DNA from: Ignavibacteriota bacterium | Lineage (GTDB): Bacteria > Bacteroidota > Ignavibacteria > UBA10030 > UBA6906 | Reading direction: 5' to 3' | NCBI GenBank assembly: GCA_963801355.1 | Contig: CAWDEM010000004.1 | Span: forward strand, 544,001 to 608,000 | DNA: 64,000 nucleotides | Shown: piece by piece, positions 49,180 through 58,364 of the stretch | Position numbering within the stretch: position 1 is the first letter of the stretch | How the letters are laid out: every line of letters begins with the position of its first letter | The notes under the pieces: model-generated | What the model saw: the letters and a program-made list of their open reading frames with translations, nothing else | The model's database searches: none | Told to the model about the DNA's origin: nothing | Position numbers and translations under genes: made by a program

Positions 49180-51873
49180 GTGGAAACTCAACATACAAAA
49201 CCGGCTGCAGTACCGCAAGACGGACAGGAACCGCAGGACAAATGGCTTGATTCGCTGGAACTCGTCTTAGAGTCGCTGCTCCGCGATCAGCAGCCTGCGC
49301 GGCTGCCCCTGATCTTTGAGCGGCTCAAGGAACGGCTGCAGGCGGCCGGCATGCATGTCCCCGAGTCGGTGACCACACCGTACCTCAACACGATCACCCC
49401 GCAGGATGAGCCGGCGTATCCCGGTGACCGCGACATCGAGCGGCGCATCAAGAGCTACATGCGCTGGAATGCCATGGCGATGGTTGTCAACGCGAATCGT
49501 CTGCATGGAGGGCTTGGGGGGCACATTTCCACCTATGCATCGGCAGCCACCCTGTACGAAGTTGCCTTCAATCATTTCCTCCGCGGCGGCGACGGGGAAC
49601 ACGCGGCAGACATGGTGTACTTTCAGGGGCATGCGTCGCCCGGAATCTATGCGCGCGCATTCCTTGAAGGCCGGCTGAGCGTGGAACAACTCCATGCGTT
49701 CCGTCAGGAGGTAACCTCGCCGCACGGACTCTCGTCCTATCCCCATCCCTATCTCATGCCGGATTTCTGGCAGTTCACCACCGTGTCGATGGGCCTCGGC
49801 CCCCTCATGTCAATCTATCAGGCGAGATTCAACCGCTACCTGAAAGCGAGAGGATTTCTTCGTGGTGATGAGCCACGGGTCTGGTGCTTCGTGGGCGACG
49901 GGGAAACCGACGAGCCGGAGACCCTGGGTTCGCTGACGCTTGCTTCGCGCGAACAGCTTGATAATCTCATCTGGGTTGTCAACTGCAATCTTCAGCGGCT
50001 CGACGGTCCTGTTCGCGGCAACGGCAAGATCATCCAGGAACTCGAGTCTTCCTTCCGGGGTGCCGGGTGGAATGTGATCAAGGTCATCTGGGGCTCTGAC
50101 TGGGATCCGTTGCTTGCGGCGGATGATGAAGGCTGGCTGCTGAAGCGGATGCAGGAAGCGGTGGATGGGGATTATCAGAAGTACTCTGTTGAGCCCGGCA
50201 GCTACACCCGCACGCATTTCTTCGGCAAATACCCCAAGCTCTTCGAGATGGTGAATCACTTGACCGACGACAATATCCGGAAGCTTCGCCGCGGCGGACA
50301 CGACCCGCAGAAAGTCTACGCGGCCTTCAAGGCCGCGGTTGAGCACAGGGGAGGGCCGACGGTGATCCTTGCGAAGACCGTCAAGGGGTACGGGCTTGGT
50401 GAAGCGGGCGAGGGCCGGAATGTCACGCACCAGCAGAAGAAGCTCAACGAAAAGGAGTTGCGGGAGTTTCGCGCGCGCTTTGAAATTCCCATCAGTGACG
50501 AGGATGTGGTCAACACGCCGTTCTATCGTCCTCCCGACGACAGCCCCGAAATGAAGTATTTGCGTGAACGCAGGGCGGCACTCGGAGGTTCGCTGCCCAA
50601 GCGTAGTCCGCATACGACCGTATTGTCCACTCCTCCGCTTGAAAGTTTCTCCGACCTCCTTCGCGGGTCAGAACGGTTGGAAGTGTCGACCACTATGGTC
50701 ACGGTCCGCATGCTCGGATCCTTGCTGCGCAATAAAGAGATCGGCCGCCACATCGTACCCATCATTCCCGATGAGGCGCGAACCTTCGGCATGGATCCAC
50801 TCTTCCGTGAGATCGGCATTTATGCGCCGAAGGGACAATCCTACGAACCGGTCGATCGGGAATCGTTGCTGTTCTATCGTGAAGCAAAAGACGGGCAGGT
50901 TCTTGAGGAGGGCATTACCGAGGCGGGTGCCATGTCGTCGTTCATCGCCGCAGCCACCGCCCACGCCCACCACGGCGTAAGCATGATTCCCTTCTTCATG
51001 TACTATTCCATGTTCGGATTCCAGCGCATCGGTGATCTGGTCTGGGCAGCGGGTGACATGAAAGCAAAGGGCTTCATGCTGGGGGCCACTGCCGGACGGA
51101 CCACGCTCAACGGCGAGGGATTGCAGCATGAAGACGGGCACAGTCATCTGCTGGCCGCCACCGTGCCGAACCTCCTCACCTACGATCCCGCCTTCGCCTA
51201 CGAAATCGCGGTGATCATTCAGGACGGGTTGCGCAGGATGTACGCGGAAAACGAAGAGGTCTTCTACTATCTAACACTGTACAACGAAAACTATCCCATG
51301 CCGCCGATGCCGGAGGGTGTTGCACATGGCATACTCAAGGGACTGTACAAGTTCCGGCCTGCGGCGGCGCGGGAATCGGCTCACGCTCAGATTTTCGGCA
51401 GCGGACCCATTCTGCGGGAGGCGTTGCGCGCACAGGAGCTCCTTGCCGATCGCTTCGGGGTCTCGGCCGACGTCTGGAGTGCAACAAGCTACAAACAACT
51501 GCGCACCGACGCACTCAATGCCCAGCGGTGGAACATGCTGCATCCGGACGAAGCGCCGCGACGATCATACCTTGAAGAGACACTGCAACGGGAACAGGGT
51601 CCGTTTGTCGCTGTGTCGGACTACATGAAACTCGTTCCCGATCAGATTGCGCCGTGGGTACCGGGCGGGCTTCTTACCCTGGGGACTGACGGGTATGGCC
51701 GGAGCGATACCCGTGCCGCACTCCGTCGTTTCTTTGAAATTGACGCGGAGTACATCGCTCTCGCGACGCTCACTGCCCTCGCGCGCACAGGAAAAATCAA
51801 CAAACAGACCCTGGCTCTCGCTGTGAAAGAGCTTGGCATTGATCCGGAAAAGACCTATCCCGTGATCGTCTGA
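49180..51873 (+). CDS. aceE: Pyruvate dehydrogenase E1, homodimeric type
   Basis: GGHISTYAS, YPHP, TVSMGLG, GDGETDEPE (TPP motif), NCNLQRLDGPVRGN, LGTDGYGRSD. Confidence 0.95.
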   Translation: METQHTKPAAVPQDGQEPQDKWLDSLELVLESLLRDQQPARLPLIFERLKERLQAAGMHVPESVTTPYLNTITPQDEPAYPGDRDIERRIKSYMRWNAMAMVVNANRLHGGLGGHISTYASAATLYEVAFNHFLRGGDGEHAADMVYFQGHASPGIYARAFLEGRLSVEQLHAFRQEVTSPHGLSSYPHPYLMPDFWQFTTVSMGLGPLMSIYQARFNRYLKARGFLRGDEPRVWCFVGDGETDEPETLGSLTLASREQLDNLIWVVNCNLQRLDGPVRGNGKIIQELESSFRGAGWNVIKVIWGSDWDPLLAADDEGWLLKRMQEAVDGDYQKYSVEPGSYTRTHFFGKYPKLFEMVNHLTDDNIRKLRRGGHDPQKVYAAFKAAVEHRGGPTVILAKTVKGYGLGEAGEGRNVTHQQKKLNEKELREFRARFEIPISDEDVVNTPFYRPPDDSPEMKYLRERRAALGGSLPKRSPHTTVLSTPPLESFSDLLRGSERLEVSTTMVTVRMLGSLLRNKEIGRHIVPIIPDEARTFGMDPLFREIGIYAPKGQSYEPVDRESLLFYREAKDGQVLEEGITEAGAMSSFIAAATAHAHHGVSMIPFFMYYSMFGFQRIGDLVWAAGDMKAKGFMLGATAGRTTLNGEGLQHEDGHSHLLAATVPNLLTYDPAFAYEIAVIIQDGLRRMYAENEEVFYYLTLYNENYPMPPMPEGVAHGILKGLYKFRPAAARESAHAQIFGSGPILREALRAQELLADRFGVSADVWSATSYKQLRTDALNAQRWNMLHPDEAPRRSYLEETLQREQGPFVAVSDYMKLVPDQIAPWVPGGLLTLGTDGYGRSDTRAALRRFFEIDAEYIALATLTALARTGKINKQTLALAVKELGIDPEKTYPVIV

Positions 51874-51900
51874 ACTTCATTTCCCGTAAAGGAGAATGGC

Positions 51901-53187
51901 ATGGATGTACGACTGCCGCGACTCGGAGAGGGTGCTGATTCGGGCACCATCGCGAGTATTTTTGTGAAGGTAGGTGATGCAGTGAAGAAAGACCAGCCGG
52001 TACTGGAGCTGGAAAGCGAGAAGGCTGTTGCGTCGATTCCTGTACCCGTGGATGGCATTGTTGCCGCGCTGCATGTGAAGGAGGGGGATGTGATCAAAGT
52101 CGGCCAATTGATCATGACCGTGAATGAGGCCGCCGCCGGGGTACGTCCTTCCCGTGTCGTTGGAGCACCGGTGGGTGACGAAGAGCCCGAGCCGGTGCAG
52201 ACTCCCGCCCCCGTTCGTGCGGGTGCAGCCCTGTCGCCGGCGGCGGCGGTGGTTGTTCATGAGACGCTGGCAGGCCCCGAGCCGGCGGCGTCGCCGACCG
52301 TCCGTAAAATCGCCAGGGATCTCGGCATTGATCTCCGGCGTGTGAAAGGCAGCGAACGGGGCGGCCGGGTCGTCCTTGAGGATGTGCGCGGCTACGTTCA
52401 ATGGCTGCAGGACAAGGCCTTCGCAGCGCAGTCCGACGTTCCGTCTCCGCCTGCACCACCGGCCGGCGTGGATTTCGCAAAATGGGGACCGGTGGAGACA
52501 AAGAAAATGTCCACACTGCGCCGGACCATCAGTGCCAAGATGGTGGAATCATGGACGCATGTCCCGCATGTCACGCAGTTCGATGATGCTGATGTCACGC
52601 GGATCATGGAACTTCGCAAAGCCCACGCCGCCGCGTATGAGAAACAGGGCGCCCGTCTGACGGTGATGCCGTTCGCGATCCGGGCGGTGGCGGCCGTGCT
52701 CAAGCAACACCCTCTATTCAATGCGAGTATCAACGACATCACCGGTGAGATCGTGTTCAAGAAATACTATCACATCGGCATTGCCGTGGACACGGAGCAT
52801 GGATTGATGGTCCCCGTGATCCGTGATGCGGACAAGAAATCCATGCTGCAACTGTCACAGGAGATCCAGCAGCTGGCGGACAGGGCGAGGGAGCGGAAAC
52901 TGGTCCTTGAGGAGATGCAGGGCGGGACCTTCAGCATTTCCAATCAGGGCGGACTGGGTGGCGGTTACTTCACGCCCATCGTCAATGCTCCGGAAGTTGC
53001 GATCCTCGGTATGGGCAGGAGCAGTGTGCGTCCCGTGGTGCGGGACGGACGGATTGAGCAACGAACCATCCTTCCCCTGGGCCTGTCATACAATCACCGG
53101 ATCATTGACGGTGCCAACGCGGCCCGGTTCATCGTTGACCTGGTCCGGGCCTTCGAACAATTTTCCGAAGACGATGTAAAGATCTGA
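51901..53187 (+). CDS. aceF: Dihydrolipoamide acetyltransferase E2 (single lipoyl domain)
   Basis: LESEKA lipoyl lysine; ASPTVRKIAR binding domain; NHRIIDG catalytic motif. Confidence 0.93.
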   Translation: MDVRLPRLGEGADSGTIASIFVKVGDAVKKDQPVLELESEKAVASIPVPVDGIVAALHVKEGDVIKVGQLIMTVNEAAAGVRPSRVVGAPVGDEEPEPVQTPAPVRAGAALSPAAAVVVHETLAGPEPAASPTVRKIARDLGIDLRRVKGSERGGRVVLEDVRGYVQWLQDKAFAAQSDVPSPPAPPAGVDFAKWGPVETKKMSTLRRTISAKMVESWTHVPHVTQFDDADVTRIMELRKAHAAAYEKQGARLTVMPFAIRAVAAVLKQHPLFNASINDITGEIVFKKYYHIGIAVDTEHGLMVPVIRDADKKSMLQLSQEIQQLADRARERKLVLEEMQGGTFSISNQGGLGGGYFTPIVNAPEVAILGMGRSSVRPVVRDGRIEQRTILPLGLSYNHRIIDGANAARFIVDLVRAFEQFSEDDVKI

Positions 53188-53199
53188 CGAGGACTCCCC

Positions 53200-54609
53200 G
53201 TGAAAACAGAAACAACTGATATCGCTGTCATCGGTGCCGGACCCGGCGGTTATGCGGCTGCCTTCTATGCGGCGGACAAAGGGAAAAAGGTGACGCTGAT
53301 CGAACGAAGTCCGCGGCTCGGCGGCGTGTGCCTGAACGTGGGCTGTATACCATCGAAGGCCCTGTTGCATGCGGCAAAATTGATAACCGAGGCGAAGGAA
53401 TCCGGAATCCGCGGGATTCATTTTGGCGCCCCGACGATTGATCTGGATGCTATGCGGGCATGGAAGGAGTCCATCGTCGCAAAACTGGCAAAGGGTGTCG
53501 CCGACCTTGCCGCGCGTCGAAAAGTGAACGTCATCCATGGGAAGGCGTACTTTCAGGATGCTGTCACACTCCGGATCGAGACCGCGGAGGGGCAGAGGTA
53601 TCTGAGCTATGAAAAGGCGATCATCGCTGTGGGATCCAAACCGGCGATGCCCGCCGCGTTTGATCTGGGGAATCCCCGCATCATGACTTCGACCGAGGCT
53701 CTGGACATCCAGCAGATCCCTCCCACGCTGCTGATTGTGGGCGGCGGATATATCGGGATGGAGCTCGGCACGGTGTATGCGACCCTGGGCAGCGAGGTTG
53801 TCGTTGTGGAGGCGGTGAGTGAAGTTCTGGCGGGTGCGGATCAGGATCTTGTGCGCCCCGTCCTGCGCCGGGCGAAAGAATTATTCAAGGAGATTCGCAC
53901 GGGTGTCAAGGTATTGAAGATGGCGACGGTGGGGAAACAGATACGCGTGGATCTCGACATTGGCGGGGAGAAGCGTGAAGAGCTGTACGATGGAGTTCTC
54001 GTCTCCGTCGGCAGGGTTCCCCACTTCGGCGACCTGGGGCTGGAGAATACCGTGGTCAAGCGCAACGACCGGGGATTTATCTCCGTCAATCCGCAGCAGG
54101 AGACCGATGATCCGCACATCATGGCAATCGGCGATGCGGTGGGCGGCGCCATGCTTGCGCACAAAGCGACGAAGGAAGCGCGCATTGCCGTCGAGGTTCT
54201 CACCGGGGAGTCGAGTTCGTTTGAACATATTGTCATCCCCGCGGTGGTCTTCACCGATCCGGAAATTGCATGGTGCGGATTGACGGAAGATGATGCCCGC
54301 GGGGCGGGCCGCAAGGTCGATGTCGTCAAATTTCCGTGGAGTGCTTCGGGCAGGGCGTTAAGTTTCGACCGGACGGACGGCCTGACAAAACTCATCATTG
54401 ATCCCGAAACGGAGCGTATTCTCGGCGTCGGCATTGTCGGTGCGGGTGCGGGTGAGCTGATCGCGGAAGGGGTCGTCGCCATCGAGATGGGTGCCACGGC
54501 GCGCGATCTTGCAGAATCGGTGCATCCCCATCCGACGCTGTCGGAGACCCTGGCGGAATGTGCGGAAGCATTTTACGGATATGCCACGCATACGATGCGC
54601 CGCACGTAA
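53200..54609 (+). CDS. lpdA: Dihydrolipoamide dehydrogenase E3
   Basis: GAGPGG, GGVCLNVGCIPSK, GGGYIG, HPHPTLSE. Confidence 0.95.
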   Translation: MKTETTDIAVIGAGPGGYAAAFYAADKGKKVTLIERSPRLGGVCLNVGCIPSKALLHAAKLITEAKESGIRGIHFGAPTIDLDAMRAWKESIVAKLAKGVADLAARRKVNVIHGKAYFQDAVTLRIETAEGQRYLSYEKAIIAVGSKPAMPAAFDLGNPRIMTSTEALDIQQIPPTLLIVGGGYIGMELGTVYATLGSEVVVVEAVSEVLAGADQDLVRPVLRRAKELFKEIRTGVKVLKMATVGKQIRVDLDIGGEKREELYDGVLVSVGRVPHFGDLGLENTVVKRNDRGFISVNPQQETDDPHIMAIGDAVGGAMLAHKATKEARIAVEVLTGESSSFEHIVIPAVVFTDPEIAWCGLTEDDARGAGRKVDVVKFPWSASGRALSFDRTDGLTKLIIDPETERILGVGIVGAGAGELIAEGVVAIEMGATARDLAESVHPHPTLSETLAECAEAFYGYATHTMRRT

Positions 54610-54620
54610 ATCCGCCGCAA

Positions 54621-54652
54621 CACTCCCGCCGGAGTGTCTCGAGGCGGGAGTG
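54621..54652. terminator. Hairpin between convergent lpdA and the GPx gene
   Basis: CACTCCCGCC-N12-GGCGGGAGTG perfect 10-bp stem. Confidence 0.6.
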
Positions 54653-54678
54653 CTACGGTAACGCAAAGCCGTTGTCAA

Positions 54679-55254
54679 CTAACGCAATGCCGCCTCAATT
54701 GCCTCCATCAGCTCCTCCGACATCGGCTTGACCGACGAGCCGAATTTCCCTACGATGTTGCCTGTGCGGTCGACGAGATATTTGGTGAAATTCCATTTCA
54801 CCTGCCCGGCGAAATTCGGGTTCGTCGCATCCGAGGTCAGGTATCGGTAGAGCGGGTGTTGGTCGGCGCCCTTCACGGAGATCTTGGAGAACATCGGAAA
54901 CGTGACGCCATAGGTTGTCGTGCAGAATGCCTTGATGTCCGCATCGGTCCCTGGTTCCTGTCCGAGGAAGTTGTTGGCGGGAAACCCGAGGATCACCAGA
55001 CCCTGGTCTTTGTACTTTCTGTAGAGTGCTTCAAGGTCCTTGTACTGGGGGGTGTACCCGCATTTGGAAGCCACGTTGACCAGCAGCAGGACCTTCCCTT
55101 CGTACGATGCAAGTGAGACCTCCTTGCCGTCAATGTCCCTCATGCTGAACGCAAAAATGCTCGTCTCTTCAGAAGTTCCGGTTTTTGCGAATGTACCGGT
55201 ATTTCCCCACATCATCATCAATGCCAAAAGGCTCATCGCGCTATTCCTTATCAT
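54679..55254 (-). CDS. Glutathione peroxidase family protein (Cys type) with signal peptide
   Basis: NVASKCGYTPQY, GFPANNF..QEPG, KWNFTKYLVD; start codon uncertain. Confidence 0.92.
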   Translation of the reverse strand: MIRNSAMSLLALMMMWGNTGTFAKTGTSEETSIFAFSMRDIDGKEVSLASYEGKVLLLVNVASKCGYTPQYKDLEALYRKYKDQGLVILGFPANNFLGQEPGTDADIKAFCTTTYGVTFPMFSKISVKGADQHPLYRYLTSDATNPNFAGQVKWNFTKYLVDRTGNIVGKFGSSVKPMSEELMEAIEAALR

Positions 55255-55534
55255 CGATCGATGTCCGATAAAATGTGACAAATGAGAACGTTATCCATCA
55301 CATAATAAACAAACGGATGACGGTGGGAGTTCCGGCCGGTTTTGCGGTCGTCGGAATTTGCGATTTGGCTTGACTTTTCCTCCTGTTTTCGTAAATTACA
55401 GGCGTAGCCGCGGAAAAAAATGTGGTCCACATGCGTCACCTGGAATGGAGAGGATGCAGAACAGTGGGGAGTGAGTTCATGCACGGAAGCGCGGACAATC
55501 CCGTGCGCGATCGAAACGGCGGGAGGTGGCGGTG

Positions 55535-55888
55535 ATGAAAAGCAAAAGAGTTTTGCGCCGTGCCATCCTTGTCAGGCTCTATGATCACCTGCAGGATGCC
55601 TATGGAATCGAGTGGCCACGCGAATCATTTGTCAACGGCCAACTCGCACTCGGTGAAATCGATGCGCTCCTGTCGTTTAAGAGCGATCAGCGCATCGATG
55701 AGTTGCGCAGCGCGCTCGAGCGACTCGAAGAAGGATCGTTCGGCAGATGCATCGCCTGCAAAGGCGACATCGGTCAGGATCTTCTCGAGGCTGACCCGGC
55801 GATGCGGCTCTGCGAACGATGCGAACGGATGTACAGTCACATGCCGGCGCTGTCCCAGCACACCGCAAACCCCGGCCAGGGACTCTGA
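55535..55888 (+). CDS. TraR/DksA-like C4 zinc-finger protein
   Basis: GGAGG RBS; ALERLEEGSFGRCIAC...LEADPAMRLCERC. Confidence 0.8.
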   Translation: MKSKRVLRRAILVRLYDHLQDAYGIEWPRESFVNGQLALGEIDALLSFKSDQRIDELRSALERLEEGSFGRCIACKGDIGQDLLEADPAMRLCERCERMYSHMPALSQHTANPGQGL

Positions 55889-55984
55889 CGAAGCGAGGAC
55901 GGGGCGGGCGCTGTGGGCCGCCCCACCCCTCGGTTCCCCTGCCGGAGTCCATTCCAGTAATTCCAACCACAACGACGACTGTCA

Positions 55985-56896
55985 ATGACCATGAAACGCG
56001 ACCTCGTCTCCCTCGCGCAATGGAAGCGCGACGATCTCGAAGAAATATTCGCATTGACGAGGTCATTGCAGATCCCCGGCGAGAATTCTCTTCCCGCACT
56101 TCCGTGGTCGGCATCGCTTGTTTTTGAGCGTGAATCGCTTCGCACACGCGTGTCATTTGAAGTCGGCATAGCACAGCTGGGTGGTCATCCAATTTTCCTT
56201 CAGCAAGAAACCATCGGCATGGCGACCCGGGAGTCCGTGCATGACATCGGCGTGATTCTCTCCGAGTACTGTGAACTCATCATTGCACGAACCATCAGGC
56301 ATCAGACGTGCGTGCAGCTTGCGGAAAGCGCTACGGTTCCCGTGATCAATGCGCTGACGGATCTTGTCCACCCGTGCCAGATCCTTGCCGACGCGTACAC
56401 CCTGATGGAACATGGGTGTCTCAGCCCCTCCAGCCGGATTGTGTTTGTCGGGGATGGGAATACCATTGCAAACTCCTGGCTTGAACTGGCCACCAAGTTC
56501 CCACTGCATATCGTGTGCGCCTGCCCCGCGGGTCACGAACCACATCCGCGCATTCTGGATGAAGCGCAGACTGCAGGCTTGAGCACGATTGAAATCATCG
56601 AGGATCCCGTGCGGGCCGTTACGGGCGCGGATGTCGTGTATACCGATGTCTGGCCACACAGTGCGGGTGAAGCAAAGGGGAAAGTCGCCCGGGTGTTCAA
56701 GCCATACCAGGTGGACGCAAAGCTGTTGGGTCAGGCAAACCCAGGCTGCCTTGTCATGCACCGCCTTCCGGCAAACCGCGGAGAAGAAATCACCAGTGCA
56801 GTACTCGACGGGCCGCAGTCCGTTGCACTTCAACAGGCCCGTAACCGCCTTCATGTACAGAAAGGCGTCATGACGTTCCTCCGGCGTGGATCTTGA
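55985..56896 (+). CDS. Ornithine carbamoyltransferase-like protein with divergent acceptor site
   Basis: SLRTRVSFE, PVINAL, HPCQ, GDGNT, YTDVW, HRLPANRGEE, NRLH. Confidence 0.9.
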   Translation: MTMKRDLVSLAQWKRDDLEEIFALTRSLQIPGENSLPALPWSASLVFERESLRTRVSFEVGIAQLGGHPIFLQQETIGMATRESVHDIGVILSEYCELIIARTIRHQTCVQLAESATVPVINALTDLVHPCQILADAYTLMEHGCLSPSSRIVFVGDGNTIANSWLELATKFPLHIVCACPAGHEPHPRILDEAQTAGLSTIEIIEDPVRAVTGADVVYTDVWPHSAGEAKGKVARVFKPYQVDAKLLGQANPGCLVMHRLPANRGEEITSAVLDGPQSVALQQARNRLHVQKGVMTFLRRGS

Positions 56897-57025
56897 AGTG
56901 CGGGGATCTTTCCGCAGCATTCAGTGAGCCCTCCGGGTGTGCAGAATTCAGTGCACTGCCCCAAAATTTGGACGTTCCCGCCCGTCAGGACCCCAATATT
57001 TCGCGTGAATTCAGCCATTCCGAGA

Positions 57026-57041
57026 TGGCACGCAGGTTGGT
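57026..57041 (+). promoter_or_regulatory. Possible sigma54 promoter TGGCACG-N4-TTGG, with candidate activator sites upstream (56938-56975)
   Basis: One mismatch to TGGCACG-N4-TTGC; about 45 bp before ATG 57085; upstream TGTGCAGAATTCAGTGCAC and CCAAAATTTGG. Confidence 0.4.
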
Positions 57042-57084
57042 GGTCCTGTTGCAGGAATTTGGTCCAATGAGCGACGAGGATCCA

Positions 57085-58302
57085 ATGAAAACGAGAAGTC
57101 TTGTGCTGATGGTCATCGCAATACTGGCCCTCACAGCCGGCACTACGCCGGCCGCAGCCGGAGTCGGGGTGTCTTTTGGGGTTTTCTACAACGGTCTTGC
57201 CGGGAGCGGTGAGTGGATCAGTGTAGAAGGGGGGACGTATGCCTGGCGGCCGATGCACACTGGTGGGGATTGGCGCCCTTACTTGGATGGACGCTGGATG
57301 TGGACCGATGATGGCTGGTACTGGGATTCGCCGGAGCCCTGGGCATGGGCGACCTACCATTATGGCCGCTGGTACTATGATGATTACTACGGCTGGATAT
57401 GGATCCCGGGCTACGACTGGGCGCCCGCATGGGTGGAGTGGCGTTACGGCGGGGATTATGTCGGCTGGGCACCTCTGGGTCCGTATGCTGTGTTCAACGC
57501 GCATTTTGGCGTGCACTACATGAGGCATTGGGTCACCCCGTATCACTACTGGTCGTTTGTCGATTGTCGCTACATCAACAGTCCGGGTGTGAACAAGTAC
57601 GTGTACCGAAGCGAGAACAATGCCCGGTTCATCGGTCGGACGAGAACCGCAGGGAGCGTCCGGTACGATAACGGAAGGATTGTGTCGCGCGGCCCGGACC
57701 TGGGTCACGTGGAGCGGCGGGGCAACATACGCCTGGAGCGTACACCGCTTGTCGATGTGAATGGAAGAGAAGAAGCGCGCGTGCGCCGCACGGGCGAGCG
57801 GGAACAGATCGGGGTCTACCGTCCACAGATCGAAGAGAGGGGCAGGGACTTTGATGCCGAGCGTCCGCCGGCAGTGAAGGAGCAGGAAAGGATGCCGTCA
57901 CTTGACGTGCGATCCATGGACATCCGTCAGCGGCAGAATGCACGTGAAGCAGGAAGGGACGTCGAGCGGATGAACTCCTACAGCGCGCAGCGCAGGGGTG
58001 AGCGTCTCGGTGATACGCAGAATCCGGAAATCAGGGACAGGCGTGTGGTTGAACAGCCTCGCAGAGAGTCGGTTGAACGGCAAGCGCCGGCGGAACGACC
58101 GCGGCGTTTTGATCGCCAGAGCGAGCGGCTGTCCGACGGCAATCGTGGACGCGATAGTGAACGGCGGTCGGCACCGCAAATTGACCGTCCCACAATGCGC
58201 AGCGCTCCCGAGGGGCGTTCCTCATCGCGCCCGGAGCGAAGCAGTCCGGGGCGCTCGGCACCGAGCCAGCGGGACGGTGGTGAACGACGGGGAAGACGGT
58301 AG
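57085..58302 (+). CDS. DUF6600-like secreted protein (Trp/Tyr/Gly repeats plus Arg/Glu/Ser-rich disordered tail)
   Basis: GAGGA RBS; signal peptide; WRPY.DGRW.WTDDGWYW.S.EPWAWATYHYGRW...WAPAWV.WR...GWAPL. Confidence 0.85.
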   Translation: MKTRSLVLMVIAILALTAGTTPAAAGVGVSFGVFYNGLAGSGEWISVEGGTYAWRPMHTGGDWRPYLDGRWMWTDDGWYWDSPEPWAWATYHYGRWYYDDYYGWIWIPGYDWAPAWVEWRYGGDYVGWAPLGPYAVFNAHFGVHYMRHWVTPYHYWSFVDCRYINSPGVNKYVYRSENNARFIGRTRTAGSVRYDNGRIVSRGPDLGHVERRGNIRLERTPLVDVNGREEARVRRTGEREQIGVYRPQIEERGRDFDAERPPAVKEQERMPSLDVRSMDIRQRQNAREAGRDVERMNSYSAQRRGERLGDTQNPEIRDRRVVEQPRRESVERQAPAERPRRFDRQSERLSDGNRGRDSERRSAPQIDRPTMRSAPEGRSSSRPERSSPGRSAPSQRDGGERRGRR

Positions 58303-58327
58303 TGGTGTCCTGAGGGCCTGAAGAGAA

Positions 58328-58364
58328 CACGCCCCCGCGGTCAGCCGCGGGGGCGTGGTCTTTT
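58328..58364. terminator. Intrinsic terminator between convergent genes
   Basis: CACGCCCCCGCGG-TCAG-CCGCGGGGGCGTG perfect 13-bp stem, followed by gtctttt. Confidence 0.8.

Noticed and set aside
55055-55075. Possible selenocysteine in the glutathione peroxidase
   Set aside because: The active-site codon is TGC (Cys), not TGA.
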